Source: Ignavibacteria bacterium (GTDB taxonomy: Bacteria; Bacteroidota; Ignavibacteria; UBA10030). Taken from it: DNA of 64,000 nt. Positions within the stretch are counted from its first letter, which is position 1, and every line of letters starts with the position of its first letter. The DNA lies in assembly GCA_016873805.1 (NCBI GenBank), contig VGVZ01000010.1:17629-81628 (forward strand), written 5' to 3'. The notes beneath the pieces are model-generated. The model was given only the letters and a program-made list of their open reading frames with translations, searched no databases and was not told the DNA's origin. Both the position numbers and the translations under genes were made by a program. This document shows, piece after piece, positions 46,932 to 56,618 of the stretch.

Positions 46932-48082
46932 CACATTTCTCCTTTCGAAGATGTTGAAAGCAAAGTGCTTTGTGCCCGGATCGCTCGCGCCTCCTCGGTA
47001 ATATCAATTCCTACCGGACACCATGTGATACATCGTCCGCAACCGACGCAGCCGAAAGTTCCGAACTGATCAACCCACGATGCGAGCTTGTGCGTCATCC
47101 ATTGCCGATACCGCGACTTCGTCGTCGCCCGGACGCATCCGCCGTGAATGTACGAAAACTCCAATGTGAAACAGGAATCCCATTTTCTCCAGCGCCCGGC
47201 TTCCGTGCCGTCAAGATTCGTAACGTCTTCCACCGTGGAACAGAAGCAGGTTGGGCACACTTGTGTGCAATTGCCGCAGGAGAGACAACGTTCGTCCAGT
47301 TCATCCCACTGAGGATGATCGATATTCGCGTGGAGGAGTTCCGGGAGCCGATACGTATCGACGGAACGCCCCATCTTCTCGGATGCCCGGTCAAGCAAAT
47401 CTTCGGCACGTTGAATCTCCTCCGCGGACGCGGGAGCGGCTTTCAACCGAGCAAGCAGCTCTTTCCCAACATCGCTTCCGGATTGTGCCACAAACAGATG
47501 CGAGCCAGCCGAGATGACTTCTGTCAGTGCAAGGTCATACCCACTCTCTGTCTGCGGGCCAGTCTTCATCGATGCACAAAAGCATGTTTCGCCCGGGTCC
47601 GTACAATTCACGGCGATAACGATGATCCGCGCACGTACCGCCGAGTAATGAGGATCAACGTACGTTCCGCGCGCAAACACCATGTCCTGGATTCCGATCG
47701 CAGACAGTTCGCACGGCCGGACACCCACGAACGCATACTTGGGGAGGTCGCCTGCACCACCGTTCGTTGGTGGTGAAATCGTGATTCCCTTTTCGGTTCG
47801 CGCGGCCTGGAAGAGCTGCAGTCGGGGGGGATAGAGATAGCGCTTCCACGATTGAGGACCCAATCGATGTCCGAACAGCGCGTTGTCATGACGTTCGGCC
47901 AGTCGATACGATGCGGGACGCTGGATATCGGTCACGCCCGCGGGGAGTTCATCAACACTCTGGATCCGCTCGCAGACGATTGCACTTTCCCTGACCGTCG
48001 GTCCGATGATCTGGTACCCATCTTGTTTCAGTACGGAGAATAGGGCGGAGAGATCGTGAATTTCTAGACGTTCCATGCTCAT
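46931..48082 (-). CDS. hyhB: Group 3b hydrogenase beta-type subunit (4Fe-4S; AsrA-like)
   Basis: 383 aa. Cys clusters [16 protein letters not shown] and [12 protein letters not shown]. First gene of the hyh operon. Confidence 0.85.
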   Translation of the reverse strand: MSMERLEIHDLSALFSVLKQDGYQIIGPTVRESAIVCERIQSVDELPAGVTDIQRPASYRLAERHDNALFGHRLGPQSWKRYLYPPRLQLFQAARTEKGITISPPTNGGAGDLPKYAFVGVRPCELSAIGIQDMVFARGTYVDPHYSAVRARIIVIAVNCTDPGETCFCASMKTGPQTESGYDLALTEVISAGSHLFVAQSGSDVGKELLARLKAAPASAEEIQRAEDLLDRASEKMGRSVDTYRLPELLHANIDHPQWDELDERCLSCGNCTQVCPTCFCSTVEDVTNLDGTEAGRWRKWDSCFTLEFSYIHGGCVRATTKSRYRQWMTHKLASWVDQFGTFGCVGCGRCITWCPVGIDITEEARAIRAQSTLLSTSSKGEM

Positions 48083-48120
48083 GAGAGAGATTGTGGAGAA
48101 ATGCCTATCTTGATGCGTGC

Positions 48121-48136
48121 GGCATAAATCGTGCCT
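48121..48136 (-). promoter_or_regulatory. Candidate sigma54 (-24/-12) promoter upstream of hyhB
   Basis: The minus strand reads AGGCACGATTTATGCC. GG and GC sit at the canonical spacing (compare glnAp2 TGGCACAGATTTCGCT). The element ends 38 nt upstream of the hyhB ATG. Confidence 0.35.
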
Positions 48137-48342
48137 CCCTATGAATTGGTGATGCGAACAGAAAGATGAAGTTGACAGACCGTCTTCGGATGAAGAATTA
48201 CCGCCATTGGGAAACGATTTCCAGCGTATCGGAATCGGCCCAAGGACTTGTCAAGGATCGGATTGGATGAAGAGGGGAGATTTTGTAACTTATAAAATAT
48301 GGTGAGCTCTTGTCGAAATATTCCACGCTGGTTTGACTGATC

Positions 48343-48720
48343 ATGCACGAGCTTTCTCTCGCACAACGCATCGTCGAGATCGTCCATGAGTCAATCGGTC
48401 GGCATGCGCCTCAGACGGTTCGAACGATTTCGCTCGAGATCGGTGAACTCGCCAACGTTCATGTCGACTCGTTAACGTTCGCGTTTGAAGCGCTCGTGGA
48501 AGGTACGAACCTCCAGACGGCATCTCTCCAAATCACGAGCGTCCGTGTGCAAGTCCTCTGCAAATCATGCGGGACGTTTTCAACGGTCGATGGGGTCACA
48601 TTTGAATGCCCGCGATGCGGAAGCACCACGCTCGACGTACGCCGAGGACGCGAACTCGACATCACATCCATTGAGATCGACGATTACACCGAGGTGAACC
48701 ATGGGAATTCTGACCGTTGA
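48343..48720 (+). CDS. hypA: Hydrogenase nickel-insertion protein HypA
   Basis: 125 aa. MHELSLA N-terminus. Zn site CKSCG...CPRCG. Confidence 0.9.
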   Translation: MHELSLAQRIVEIVHESIGRHAPQTVRTISLEIGELANVHVDSLTFAFEALVEGTNLQTASLQITSVRVQVLCKSCGTFSTVDGVTFECPRCGSTTLDVRRGRELDITSIEIDDYTEVNHGNSDR

Positions 48721-49366
48721 ACGGAAGCTCCTGGAAAAGAATGACATCGTCGCTCAGGAACTACGGGGCCTATTCACCTCGAGCGGAATGTTTGTGCTGA
48801 ACATGGTGAGTTCGCCGGGATCCGGGAAGACAAGCCTTGTCGAGGCAACAATCAAAGCGCTTCAGAGAAGAGTTCGCATCGGCGTCATTGAAGGAGATGT
48901 TCAAACGGATCTCGATGCGCGGAGAATCGACGCATTGAATGTACCGGTGGTGCAAATCGTGACGCACGGTGCCTGTCATCTCGAAGCACCTCTCGTTCGG
49001 GACGCGTACCGGCAACTCGCCGACGCGAAGCTCGACATCCTCATTATCGAAAACGTGGGAAATCTGGTCTGCCCCGCCGCGTACGATCTGGGGGAAAGCC
49101 TGAAGGTTGTTGTTGCGAGCACCACCGAGGGAGACGACAAGCCCCTCAAGTACCCGGCGATGTTTCGCCATGCAAGAGTGCTGATCATCAACAAGGTTGA
49201 TCTCATTCCGTACGTCCAATGCTCGCTCGAAACGCTCCGCGCAAACGCCCTCGCAATCAATCCGTCACTTGTGATTTTTGAAACCTCCTGCACGACCAGC
49301 CAGGGCATTACTGCCTGGTGCGATTGGATCGTGTCGGAGGCCGCTTCGCACGCAACGGTCGGCTGA
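48701..49366 (+). CDS. hypB: Hydrogenase nickel-insertion GTPase HypB
   Basis: 221 aa. SSPGSGKTSL, GACHLEA, ENVGNLVCPA, NKVDL. No His-rich stretch. Confidence 0.9.
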   Translation: MGILTVERKLLEKNDIVAQELRGLFTSSGMFVLNMVSSPGSGKTSLVEATIKALQRRVRIGVIEGDVQTDLDARRIDALNVPVVQIVTHGACHLEAPLVRDAYRQLADAKLDILIIENVGNLVCPAAYDLGESLKVVVASTTEGDDKPLKYPAMFRHARVLIINKVDLIPYVQCSLETLRANALAINPSLVIFETSCTTSQGITAWCDWIVSEAASHATVG

Positions 49367-49437
49367 GGTGTACTTCCCCCATGCCCCCCCTTGACGATCC
49401 TCGTCCCGTTCAGCGACACAACACACCATCGGCTTCC

Positions 49438-51753
49438 ATGCGGATGCGCATTGTCATCCGGGGAGCCGTGCAGGGCGTCGGGTTCCGACCGTTTGTCTAC
49501 CGACTTGCCTCCGAACTTGGTCTCGTCGGATGGGTTTCCAACACCACCCACGGTGTGTTCATCGAGGTCGACGGCCCACCGGATATTCTCCAACACTTCC
49601 TTTTGCGTCTCGGAAACGATCGTCCCCCGCGTTCATTTATCCAGAGTCTCGAGCATTCCCTCCTCGATGCCGGCGGATTCACTTCTTTCGAGATCGTCGA
49701 GAGTCAGGAATCGGGGGAAAAATCGGTCTTTATTCTCCCCGACCTCGCGACGTGTCCGGACTGTCGCGAAGAAATCTCCTCGCCACGCGAACGACGGTAC
49801 AGATACCCATTCACCAACTGCACGAATTGCGGTCCGCGGTTCTCCATCATCACATCACTCCCGTACGATCGCATGAACACCTCCATGAGCGCGTTTGCGA
49901 TGTGCAACGATTGCCGCCAGGAATATGAAAATCCGCGGGACCGTCGGTTTCATGCACAGCCCATCGCATGCCCGCAATGCGGTCCGCAGCTCCAACTCTG
50001 GAACTCCCGCGGTGCCGTCACCGAATCGGATGACGCTGCTCTTCGCACAACTGTGATGCTGATCTCCTCCGGAAAAGTGGCGGCAATCAAGGGCCTGGGC
50101 GGATTTCACCTCGTTGTTGACGCAAGGAATGATGAGGCGGTTCGTCGTCTCCGGACGCTGAAGCATCGCGAAGAAAAACCGTTTGCCCTGATGTTTCCTT
50201 CACTGGAAGCGGTTCGCCGGGAATGTCATTGTTCACCGATCGAAGCGCGACTGCTTCAATCGTCCGAATCACCGATCGTTCTTCTCCGTCGTACAGGTTT
50301 GTCAACCGAACTTTCGCCCTCCGTTGCGCCGCGCAATCCGAATCTCGGCATCATGCTCCCCTACACCCCCCTTCACCACCTCTTGATGTCCGATCTCGGC
50401 TATCCGATAGTCGCGACGAGCGGAAACCTTTCGGATGAACCGATTTGCACGCGTGAAGATGATGCGCTCGTGCGACTCAACGGAATTGCCGATGCGTTCC
50501 TCGTCCACAATCGTCCGATCGTGCGGCATGTTGATGATTCAATTGTGCGCGTTCTGATGGGAAGAGAGCTTCTCCTCCGCCGGGCACGCGGGTATGCACC
50601 GCTCCCTCTCACCCTCCGCACCAACCGTCGCGTCGCGACGCTTGCGACCGGCGCCCATCTTAAGAATACTGTGGCCCTCGCCATTGGCTCAGATGTCTTC
50701 ATCAGCCAGCATATCGGCGATCTGGAGACTCAGGAATCGACGGCGGCATTCCACGCAGTCATACGAGACTTGCAGGAGATGTACGAAGCCGGGGCGAAAA
50801 CCGTCGTCTGCGACTTGCATCCCGACTACTATTCGACGACAACTGCCGAGAGGATGGGAATTCCTCTGACACGCGTTCAACATCACTATGCCCACGTGTT
50901 TGGATGTATGGCAGAGAATGAGCTGACTCCCCCGGTGCTCGGCGTCAGCTGGGACGGCACAGGATATGGACCTGACGGAAGCGTTTGGGGAGGAGAGTTC
51001 TTGGCAGTCTCCGATCAGGGACTGGAGCGTGTCGCCAGTTTGAAACGATTTGTTCTCCCCGGCGGCGATCGGGCGGTGCGAGAGCCGCGACGTGTCGCCA
51101 TCGCTCTTCTCTATGAACTCTATGGCGAGACTCTCTTCGACAAGACCGACATGCCATCCGTGTCCGCTTTTACGCCGGACGAACGGAACGTGTTGCGCCG
51201 GATGCTGACCGGAGGAATCAACACTCCCGCGACAACAAGTGCAGGAAGGTTGTTTGACGGGGTTGCATCGCTGATCGGACTTCGGCAGCGAATCGATTTC
51301 GAGGGACAGGCGGCAATGGAGTTGGAATTTTTGCTTGCAGAGATTTCCGGGGATGATCGCTATCCGATACACCTTTCACCCATGAACGAAATCGCTGGGG
51401 ACGCCTCCCCGCAGGCACCGGGCTTGGTGATTGACTGGAAACCGATGGTCGCGGAAATTGTTGCAGAAGTGCGGCGCGGTACCGATCCGTCTCGTATTTC
51501 CCTGCGTTTCCACAACTCACTTGTTCATGCCATTGGCGCCGTATGTGCACGAAGAGGAATCGAGTCTGTTGTTCTGACTGGAGGTTGTTTTCAAAATCGC
51601 TATCTTACCGAAGCAACCGTGTCGTTCCTCACGAGAAGGGGTTTCAAGCCGTACTGGCATCAGAGGATTCCTCCGAACGACGGGGGGATCTCGTTCGGCC
51701 AGATCGCTTCATTGGGCTTCGCAGCACAACCAAATCCTGGAACGATTCCCTGA
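49438..51753 (+). CDS. hypF: Carbamoyltransferase HypF
   Basis: Acylphosphatase domain IRGAVQGVGFRPFVYRLA. Zn-finger pairs CPDC...CTNCGPRFSI and CNDC...CPQCGP. YrdC- and Kae1-like regions. An alternative ATG lies at 49381. Confidence 0.93.
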   Translation: MRMRIVIRGAVQGVGFRPFVYRLASELGLVGWVSNTTHGVFIEVDGPPDILQHFLLRLGNDRPPRSFIQSLEHSLLDAGGFTSFEIVESQESGEKSVFILPDLATCPDCREEISSPRERRYRYPFTNCTNCGPRFSIITSLPYDRMNTSMSAFAMCNDCRQEYENPRDRRFHAQPIACPQCGPQLQLWNSRGAVTESDDAALRTTVMLISSGKVAAIKGLGGFHLVVDARNDEAVRRLRTLKHREEKPFALMFPSLEAVRRECHCSPIEARLLQSSESPIVLLRRTGLSTELSPSVAPRNPNLGIMLPYTPLHHLLMSDLGYPIVATSGNLSDEPICTREDDALVRLNGIADAFLVHNRPIVRHVDDSIVRVLMGRELLLRRARGYAPLPLTLRTNRRVATLATGAHLKNTVALAIGSDVFISQHIGDLETQESTAAFHAVIRDLQEMYEAGAKTVVCDLHPDYYSTTTAERMGIPLTRVQHHYAHVFGCMAENELTPPVLGVSWDGTGYGPDGSVWGGEFLAVSDQGLERVASLKRFVLPGGDRAVREPRRVAIALLYELYGETLFDKTDMPSVSAFTPDERNVLRRMLTGGINTPATTSAGRLFDGVASLIGLRQRIDFEGQAAMELEFLLAEISGDDRYPIHLSPMNEIAGDASPQAPGLVIDWKPMVAEIVAEVRRGTDPSRISLRFHNSLVHAIGAVCARRGIESVVLTGGCFQNRYLTEATVSFLTRRGFKPYWHQRIPPNDGGISFGQIASLGFAAQPNPGTIP

Positions 51754-51773
51754 CATGAGGATCTGTTGGGACG

Positions 51774-51959
51774 ATGCAGCTCGTCACCGGTGAAATCATC
51801 GAGATCATCCACGATGCAGACGGACGTCGAGCGATCGTGCGCGTGCGAGGAGCGAGAATGAACGTGACGATCGCGCTCGTGCCCGATGTCAAACCTGGGG
51901 ATCGTGTACTGATCGAATCAGGCGTCGCGATAGCAAAGGTCAACGAAGGAGAGGAGTAG
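51774..51959 (+). CDS. HypC/HupF-family paralogue lacking the N-terminal Cys
   Basis: 61 aa. MQLVTGEIIEI...ALVPDVKPGDRVLIESGVAIAKV aligns along its whole length with the adjacent HypC ([12 protein letters not shown]...[21 protein letters not shown]). Gln replaces Cys2, and an in-frame TGA lies just upstream of the ATG. Confidence 0.6.
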   Translation: MQLVTGEIIEIIHDADGRRAIVRVRGARMNVTIALVPDVKPGDRVLIESGVAIAKVNEGEE

Positions 51960-51961
51960 TC

Positions 51962-52237
51962 ATGTGTCTTGCCATACCGGGGAAAGTACTGGAAATCGAC
52001 AACTCTGCGCAACCGGCGATGGGAAAAGTCAGTTTCGGCGGAATCCAGAAGCAGGTTTGCCTTGAGCTTGTGCCGGAGGTAAAGATCGGCGAGTATGTCC
52101 TTGTTCACGTTGGATTCGCGATCAGTACGATGGACGAAAAGGAGGCGCTTGAAACGCTGGCGATCCTCGAGCAGATGAGCGAAGGTCTCGACGAGCTTGG
52201 CCCCGACAGCGACGACGCCGACGGGGGCGAGAAATGA
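51962..52237 (+). CDS. hypC: Hydrogenase assembly chaperone HypC
   Basis: 91 aa. Canonical [10 protein letters not shown]-terminus. Acidic C-terminal tail. Confidence 0.9.
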   Translation: MCLAIPGKVLEIDNSAQPAMGKVSFGGIQKQVCLELVPEVKIGEYVLVHVGFAISTMDEKEALETLAILEQMSEGLDELGPDSDDADGGEK

Positions 52238-53334
52238 AGTACCTCGATGAATTCCGCGACGAAGCGGCCGCACGGGCGTTGTCTCAGGAGATTCGCAACG
52301 TCACCACGCGTGCATGGATCCTGATGGAGATTTGTGGCGGACAGACACACACGATCGTCAAATCAGGGATCGATGAGCTTCTCCCCTCTTCCATAACGCT
52401 TGTCCACGGACCCGGCTGTCCCGTGTGCGTCACACCACTCGAGAAGATCGATCGCGCCATCGCCCTTGCCTCGCGGCCCGATGTGATTCTTACTTCATTC
52501 GGCGATATGCTGAGAGTCCCCGGATCTTCAACGGACCTCCTCTCCGTGAAGGCCGGCGGCGGAGATGTCCGCATGGTGTACTCTCCGCTCGATGCCGTGA
52601 AGATCGCGCGGAACAACCCCTCGCGGCAGGTGGTTTTTTTCGGGGTGGGATTCGAAACGACGGCCCCTGCGAATGCGATGGCGATCTGGCAGGCTCACCA
52701 GCTCAAGCTCGACAATTTTTCGCTTCTCTGTTCTCACGTCCTCGTCCCGCCGGCCATCGACGCGCTTCTCGCATCACGCACCAATCGGGTGCAGGGTTTT
52801 CTCGCGGCGGGGCATGTCTGCACGGTGATGGGGTATGAAGAGTACATCCCTCTCGCCGCAAAGTATCGCGTTCCGATTGTGGTCACCGGATTCGAGCCGG
52901 TCGATATCCTTCAGGGAATTCTTATGACCGTGAAGCAGTTGGAGACGGGACGGTTCGAGGTCGAGAACCAGTATTCTCGTTCTGTCCGGCGAGAAGGAAA
53001 CATACATGCGCGGAATCTGATCGATCGAATCTTTGAACCGGGAGATCAGAAGTGGCGCGGGATCGGGCTCATCCCAAAGAGCGGCTACGCAATCCGGTCT
53101 GAATTCTCGACGTTTAATGCAGAGAAGCGATTCCCCATCGATGTTGCCGAGGTGCAAGAATCTCCGCTCTGCATTGCGGGAGAAGTCCTCCAGGGACTGA
53201 AAAAGCCGCATGAGTGTTCAGCCTTTGGAACGCAATGCACACCCGAATCGCCGATCGGAGCGCCGATGGTATCTTCCGAGGGAGCCTGTGCCGCCTACTT
53301 TCTGTACGGCCGAATGAATCGCGCACCAACGTGA
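52234..53334 (+). CDS. hypD: Hydrogenase Fe(CN)2CO assembly protein HypD
   Basis: 366 aa. [33 protein letters not shown] overlap with hypC. Confidence 0.93.
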   Translation: MKYLDEFRDEAAARALSQEIRNVTTRAWILMEICGGQTHTIVKSGIDELLPSSITLVHGPGCPVCVTPLEKIDRAIALASRPDVILTSFGDMLRVPGSSTDLLSVKAGGGDVRMVYSPLDAVKIARNNPSRQVVFFGVGFETTAPANAMAIWQAHQLKLDNFSLLCSHVLVPPAIDALLASRTNRVQGFLAAGHVCTVMGYEEYIPLAAKYRVPIVVTGFEPVDILQGILMTVKQLETGRFEVENQYSRSVRREGNIHARNLIDRIFEPGDQKWRGIGLIPKSGYAIRSEFSTFNAEKRFPIDVAEVQESPLCIAGEVLQGLKKPHECSAFGTQCTPESPIGAPMVSSEGACAAYFLYGRMNRAPT

Positions 53335-53417
53335 CGGGTTTGTGACCGCTCCTCCACCGATACCCCATCCTCAATGGGGATTGTCGTGTCACCTCATCCA
53401 CAACATGCAGAGAAAGA

Positions 53418-54479
53418 ATGAACGACACGCCAGATTTCTCTTCAGGACTCTCATGTCCCATTCCTCTTGATCAATATCCTCACATCCTCCTCGCTCATGG
53501 AGGGGGCGGAAAACTGACACAGAGATTGATCGCCCAAATGTTTCTTCCCCAGTTCTCCAATCCGATGCTCGAACCGCTCCACGACGGAGCAATTGTCACG
53601 ATCAACGGCAAGAGATTCGCGTTTTCCACCGACTCGTTCGTGGTCAGTCCAATCTTCTTCCCCGGCGGGAATATCGGAGAGCTGGCGGTGTTCGGAACGG
53701 TGAACGACCTCGCGATGTGCGGAGCAAAACCGGAATTTCTCTCCGTCGGTCTGATTATTGAGGAAGGATTGCCGATGGACGAGCTTTGGCAGATCACGCA
53801 GTCAATGCGCAAGGCGGCGGAGAGAGCAAACGTGAAACTCGTCACGGGCGATACCAAGGTCGTTGATCGAGGCAAGGGGGACAAACTGTTCATCAATACT
53901 TCCGGTGTCGGCACGATTCCCGAAGAAATCTCCATCAGTCCACGGAACGCGCGGATCGGCGATAGTATCATCGTGAGCGGGCCGATCGGATTGCACGGAA
54001 TCGCGATCATGTCGGTACGGGAGGGACTCGAGTTCGAATCTCCGGTGCTGAGCGACACGGCGCCGCTGAATCACCTCGTTGCGAAGATTCTCGCACAGAC
54101 CCGCGGCATCCATGTCCTGCGGGATCCAACCCGGGGCGGCATTGCCAGCGCACTCAACGAAATTGCGGCGGCTTCCGATGTTGGGATCGTTCTCCGGGAA
54201 GATGCGCTTCCTGTGACCGACGAGGTCCAGGGAGCGTGCGAGATTCTCGGCCTCGATCCACTATATGTGGCGAACGAGGGGAAGTTCCTCTCCATTGTCG
54301 ATCCATCCGACACGACAAAGGTACTGGAGATTCTCCGCGGCAACGAGCTCGGACGGGGGGCGTGCGTGATCGGCAATGTGGTGGAAGATCACAGAAGGAG
54401 TGTCGTCATGAAGACAAGAATAGGGGGAAATCGCGTCGTCGAGATGCTGTCCGGCGAACAGTTGCCGCGCATTTGTTGA
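53418..54479 (+). CDS. hypE: Hydrogenase maturation protein HypE (carbamoyl dehydratase)
   Basis: 353 aa. PurM-like fold pattern LAHGGGGKLT. C-terminal PRIC motif. Confidence 0.93.
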   Translation: MNDTPDFSSGLSCPIPLDQYPHILLAHGGGGKLTQRLIAQMFLPQFSNPMLEPLHDGAIVTINGKRFAFSTDSFVVSPIFFPGGNIGELAVFGTVNDLAMCGAKPEFLSVGLIIEEGLPMDELWQITQSMRKAAERANVKLVTGDTKVVDRGKGDKLFINTSGVGTIPEEISISPRNARIGDSIIVSGPIGLHGIAIMSVREGLEFESPVLSDTAPLNHLVAKILAQTRGIHVLRDPTRGGIASALNEIAAASDVGIVLREDALPVTDEVQGACEILGLDPLYVANEGKFLSIVDPSDTTKVLEILRGNELGRGACVIGNVVEDHRRSVVMKTRIGGNRVVEMLSGEQLPRIC

Positions 54480-54487
54480 CCTGCCGA

Positions 54488-55132
54488 ATGATCCATCGAT
54501 CGCCACACACGACAGTGATTCTGCTCATCGACAACTACGACTCGTTCACGTACAACCTCGTCCAATACATCGAAACTGCCGGACAGCACGTGCACGTGGC
54601 ACGAAACAACGAAATCACACCGGATGAGGCGTCCGACCTTCAACCGGACGGGATCGTCATCTCACCCGGTCCCGGACGTCCCGAGGAGGCCGGATTGTCG
54701 AACGAAATCATCCGTCGTTTTTCCGGCAACTTGCCCCTCCTCGGCGTGTGTCTCGGTCACCAGTGTATTGTTGAGGCATTCGGTGGCACCATCGAACACG
54801 CCTGGCGCGTCATGCATGGAAAGCGATCCTTGGTTGTCCACAATGGAAAAGAGCTGTTCACATCAATCCCCTCTCCGTTACAGGTCGTACGCTATCACTC
54901 CCTCATCGCCGAACGAGCGACCCTTCCCGACGAGCTGCGAATTGTTGCGGAAACCCCGGAAGGCGAGATCATGGGCATCAAGCATCGGACACACGACACC
55001 TGGGGGATTCAATTCCACCCGGAATCCATTCTGACCGACGACGGTTTCCGGATGGTGGAGAATTTCTGTGCAATTGTTTCAAACAGGAAGGTGAGGAAGC
55101 GCAAAACAATTCAACGGAAGGTCACATCGTAA
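54488..55132 (+). CDS. trpG: Class I glutamine amidotransferase of the anthranilate/aminodeoxychorismate synthase component II type
   Basis: Trimmed to ATG 54488. IDNYDSFTYNLVQY, GVCLGHQ, GIQFHPES. I cannot distinguish TrpG from PabA. No component I gene is adjacent. Confidence 0.85.
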   Translation: MIHRSPHTTVILLIDNYDSFTYNLVQYIETAGQHVHVARNNEITPDEASDLQPDGIVISPGPGRPEEAGLSNEIIRRFSGNLPLLGVCLGHQCIVEAFGGTIEHAWRVMHGKRSLVVHNGKELFTSIPSPLQVVRYHSLIAERATLPDELRIVAETPEGEIMGIKHRTHDTWGIQFHPESILTDDGFRMVENFCAIVSNRKVRKRKTIQRKVTS

Positions 55133-55211
55133 GTTGCGCGAGATACATGAGGTGTGTCCTCTGCCTGTCGGTGAGCGACAACACGGCTGGGTGAATATGC
55201 CGACGGTCGAG

Positions 55212-55436
55212 TCAGCGTCCGCAGCAAGAACTGGGCACCACGATTCCGTTCGAGCGATCACGACACACTTCCGCCTTCGCATCCCAGTCAACAGCCCCAC
55301 TTCCACACTCGGGACTTCGTGCCGGATTCGAATCGTCGGAATCGCACGCCATAAACAACTGCAACGCCAGAACGGCTGTCATGATGCTGACACCGAATTT
55401 TGCCGCTGTCCACAATCTTTTGTTCATATCTGCCAT
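55212..55436 (-). CDS. Candidate small Cys-rich lipoprotein
   Basis: 74 aa from ATG 55436, with AGAGGA 8 nt upstream. Lipobox LFMAC. The predicted mature part, including the lipobox Cys, contains five Cys residues and ends in CC. No family recognised. Confidence 0.35.
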   Translation of the reverse strand: MADMNKRLWTAAKFGVSIMTAVLALQLFMACDSDDSNPARSPECGSGAVDWDAKAEVCRDRSNGIVVPSSCCGR

Positions 55437-55479
55437 CGCGCGGTCCTCTGCATGATCGAACGATTTCCTCCTCTCCAAG

Positions 55480-56535
55480 TTAACTCTTTTCATCCATCAT
55501 TTCACTCATTGTCTCCACGACTCGCTCCGGTTCAACATCCAGCATGCATCGGAAGTGGTTCTTCGGACACCTCGACCGGCCGATGGGAGAACATGGTCTG
55601 CAGGAGAGCCCTTCCGTCTCGAGAATGACGGCCGCATCGGAGACCGGAGCAAAACCGAATTCCCTGACCGTCGACCCAAAAATTGCGACGATCTTCTTGT
55701 TCATTGCCGCGGCCACATGCATCAGGCCCGAATCGTTCGTGACGATGACGTCGCAGTACTCCATAGTTGCAGCGCTCTCCATCAGCGAGAGTTCCCCCAC
55801 CCACGAGATCACCCGATCGCTCCCGATTCGAATTCCGATCTGTTGCGCCAACTCCAGCGCACGCGCCTTCTCTGCGCTGCCGCCGAAGATCATCACTCCA
55901 CCGTTTCTCTCGCGGCAAAACCTGACCGCAACCTCCGCATATCGGTCAAGGGGCCATTCTTTGGTTGCATGACGCGCGGCGGGACACAGCCCAATGATTT
56001 TTTCGAAGCGATGCAAACGGAGAGACGCGACCTTGCCTGATATGCCGAAGAGCAATTCATCCGGAATGTGCAGTTCAGGTCCCTTTCCGTCATTCCGGAT
56101 GCCGAAGCGATCCAACGTTTCAATGTAGCGATCGGCCACGGAGACGATTCCAGAATAGAAGTTCTTTTTGAAATTCACAAGGAGCCAGCGGCGGAGAATT
56201 CGCTTGTTGACCGCGACCATCTGTACAGCACCCAGACCCAACCGCAGGTACCGACTTCGGATGCTGTTGTGAAGGTCCAGCACGAGATCATACCGCTCGG
56301 CGCGTAGTGTGCGCATCAGCGAACGCAATCCCGAGAACCCCGTCGACGCATCGTATGTCCATGTGACGTTGAGATTGTGATTCGTTCGAACCAACTCCGC
56401 GTACTCGGTTCGCGTCACAAAATCGATCTGGCTTGCCGGAAACGCCTGCCTCAACACGCGGAGCAACGGAGTTGTGAGCACAATATCGCCAACGGAACTA
56501 AATCGGATGATGAGTGTTTTAGAGGGAGATTGCAT
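55480..56535 (-). CDS. Glycosyltransferase family 9 (heptosyltransferase-like)
   Basis: Trimmed to ATG 56535. LIIRFSSVGDIVLTTPLLRVLRQAFP and the C-terminal NDSGLMHVAAA motif. Confidence 0.8.
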   Translation of the reverse strand: MQSPSKTLIIRFSSVGDIVLTTPLLRVLRQAFPASQIDFVTRTEYAELVRTNHNLNVTWTYDASTGFSGLRSLMRTLRAERYDLVLDLHNSIRSRYLRLGLGAVQMVAVNKRILRRWLLVNFKKNFYSGIVSVADRYIETLDRFGIRNDGKGPELHIPDELLFGISGKVASLRLHRFEKIIGLCPAARHATKEWPLDRYAEVAVRFCRERNGGVMIFGGSAEKARALELAQQIGIRIGSDRVISWVGELSLMESAATMEYCDVIVTNDSGLMHVAAAMNKKIVAIFGSTVREFGFAPVSDAAVILETEGLSCRPCSPIGRSRCPKNHFRCMLDVEPERVVETMSEMMDEKS

Positions 56536-56618
56536 GGTCGTGGAGAGTATACTGTATAATTGACGGAGTTTCAACGCATTCGACGAATGGAACTCCATGA
56601 TTGACAAGGACAAACGAA

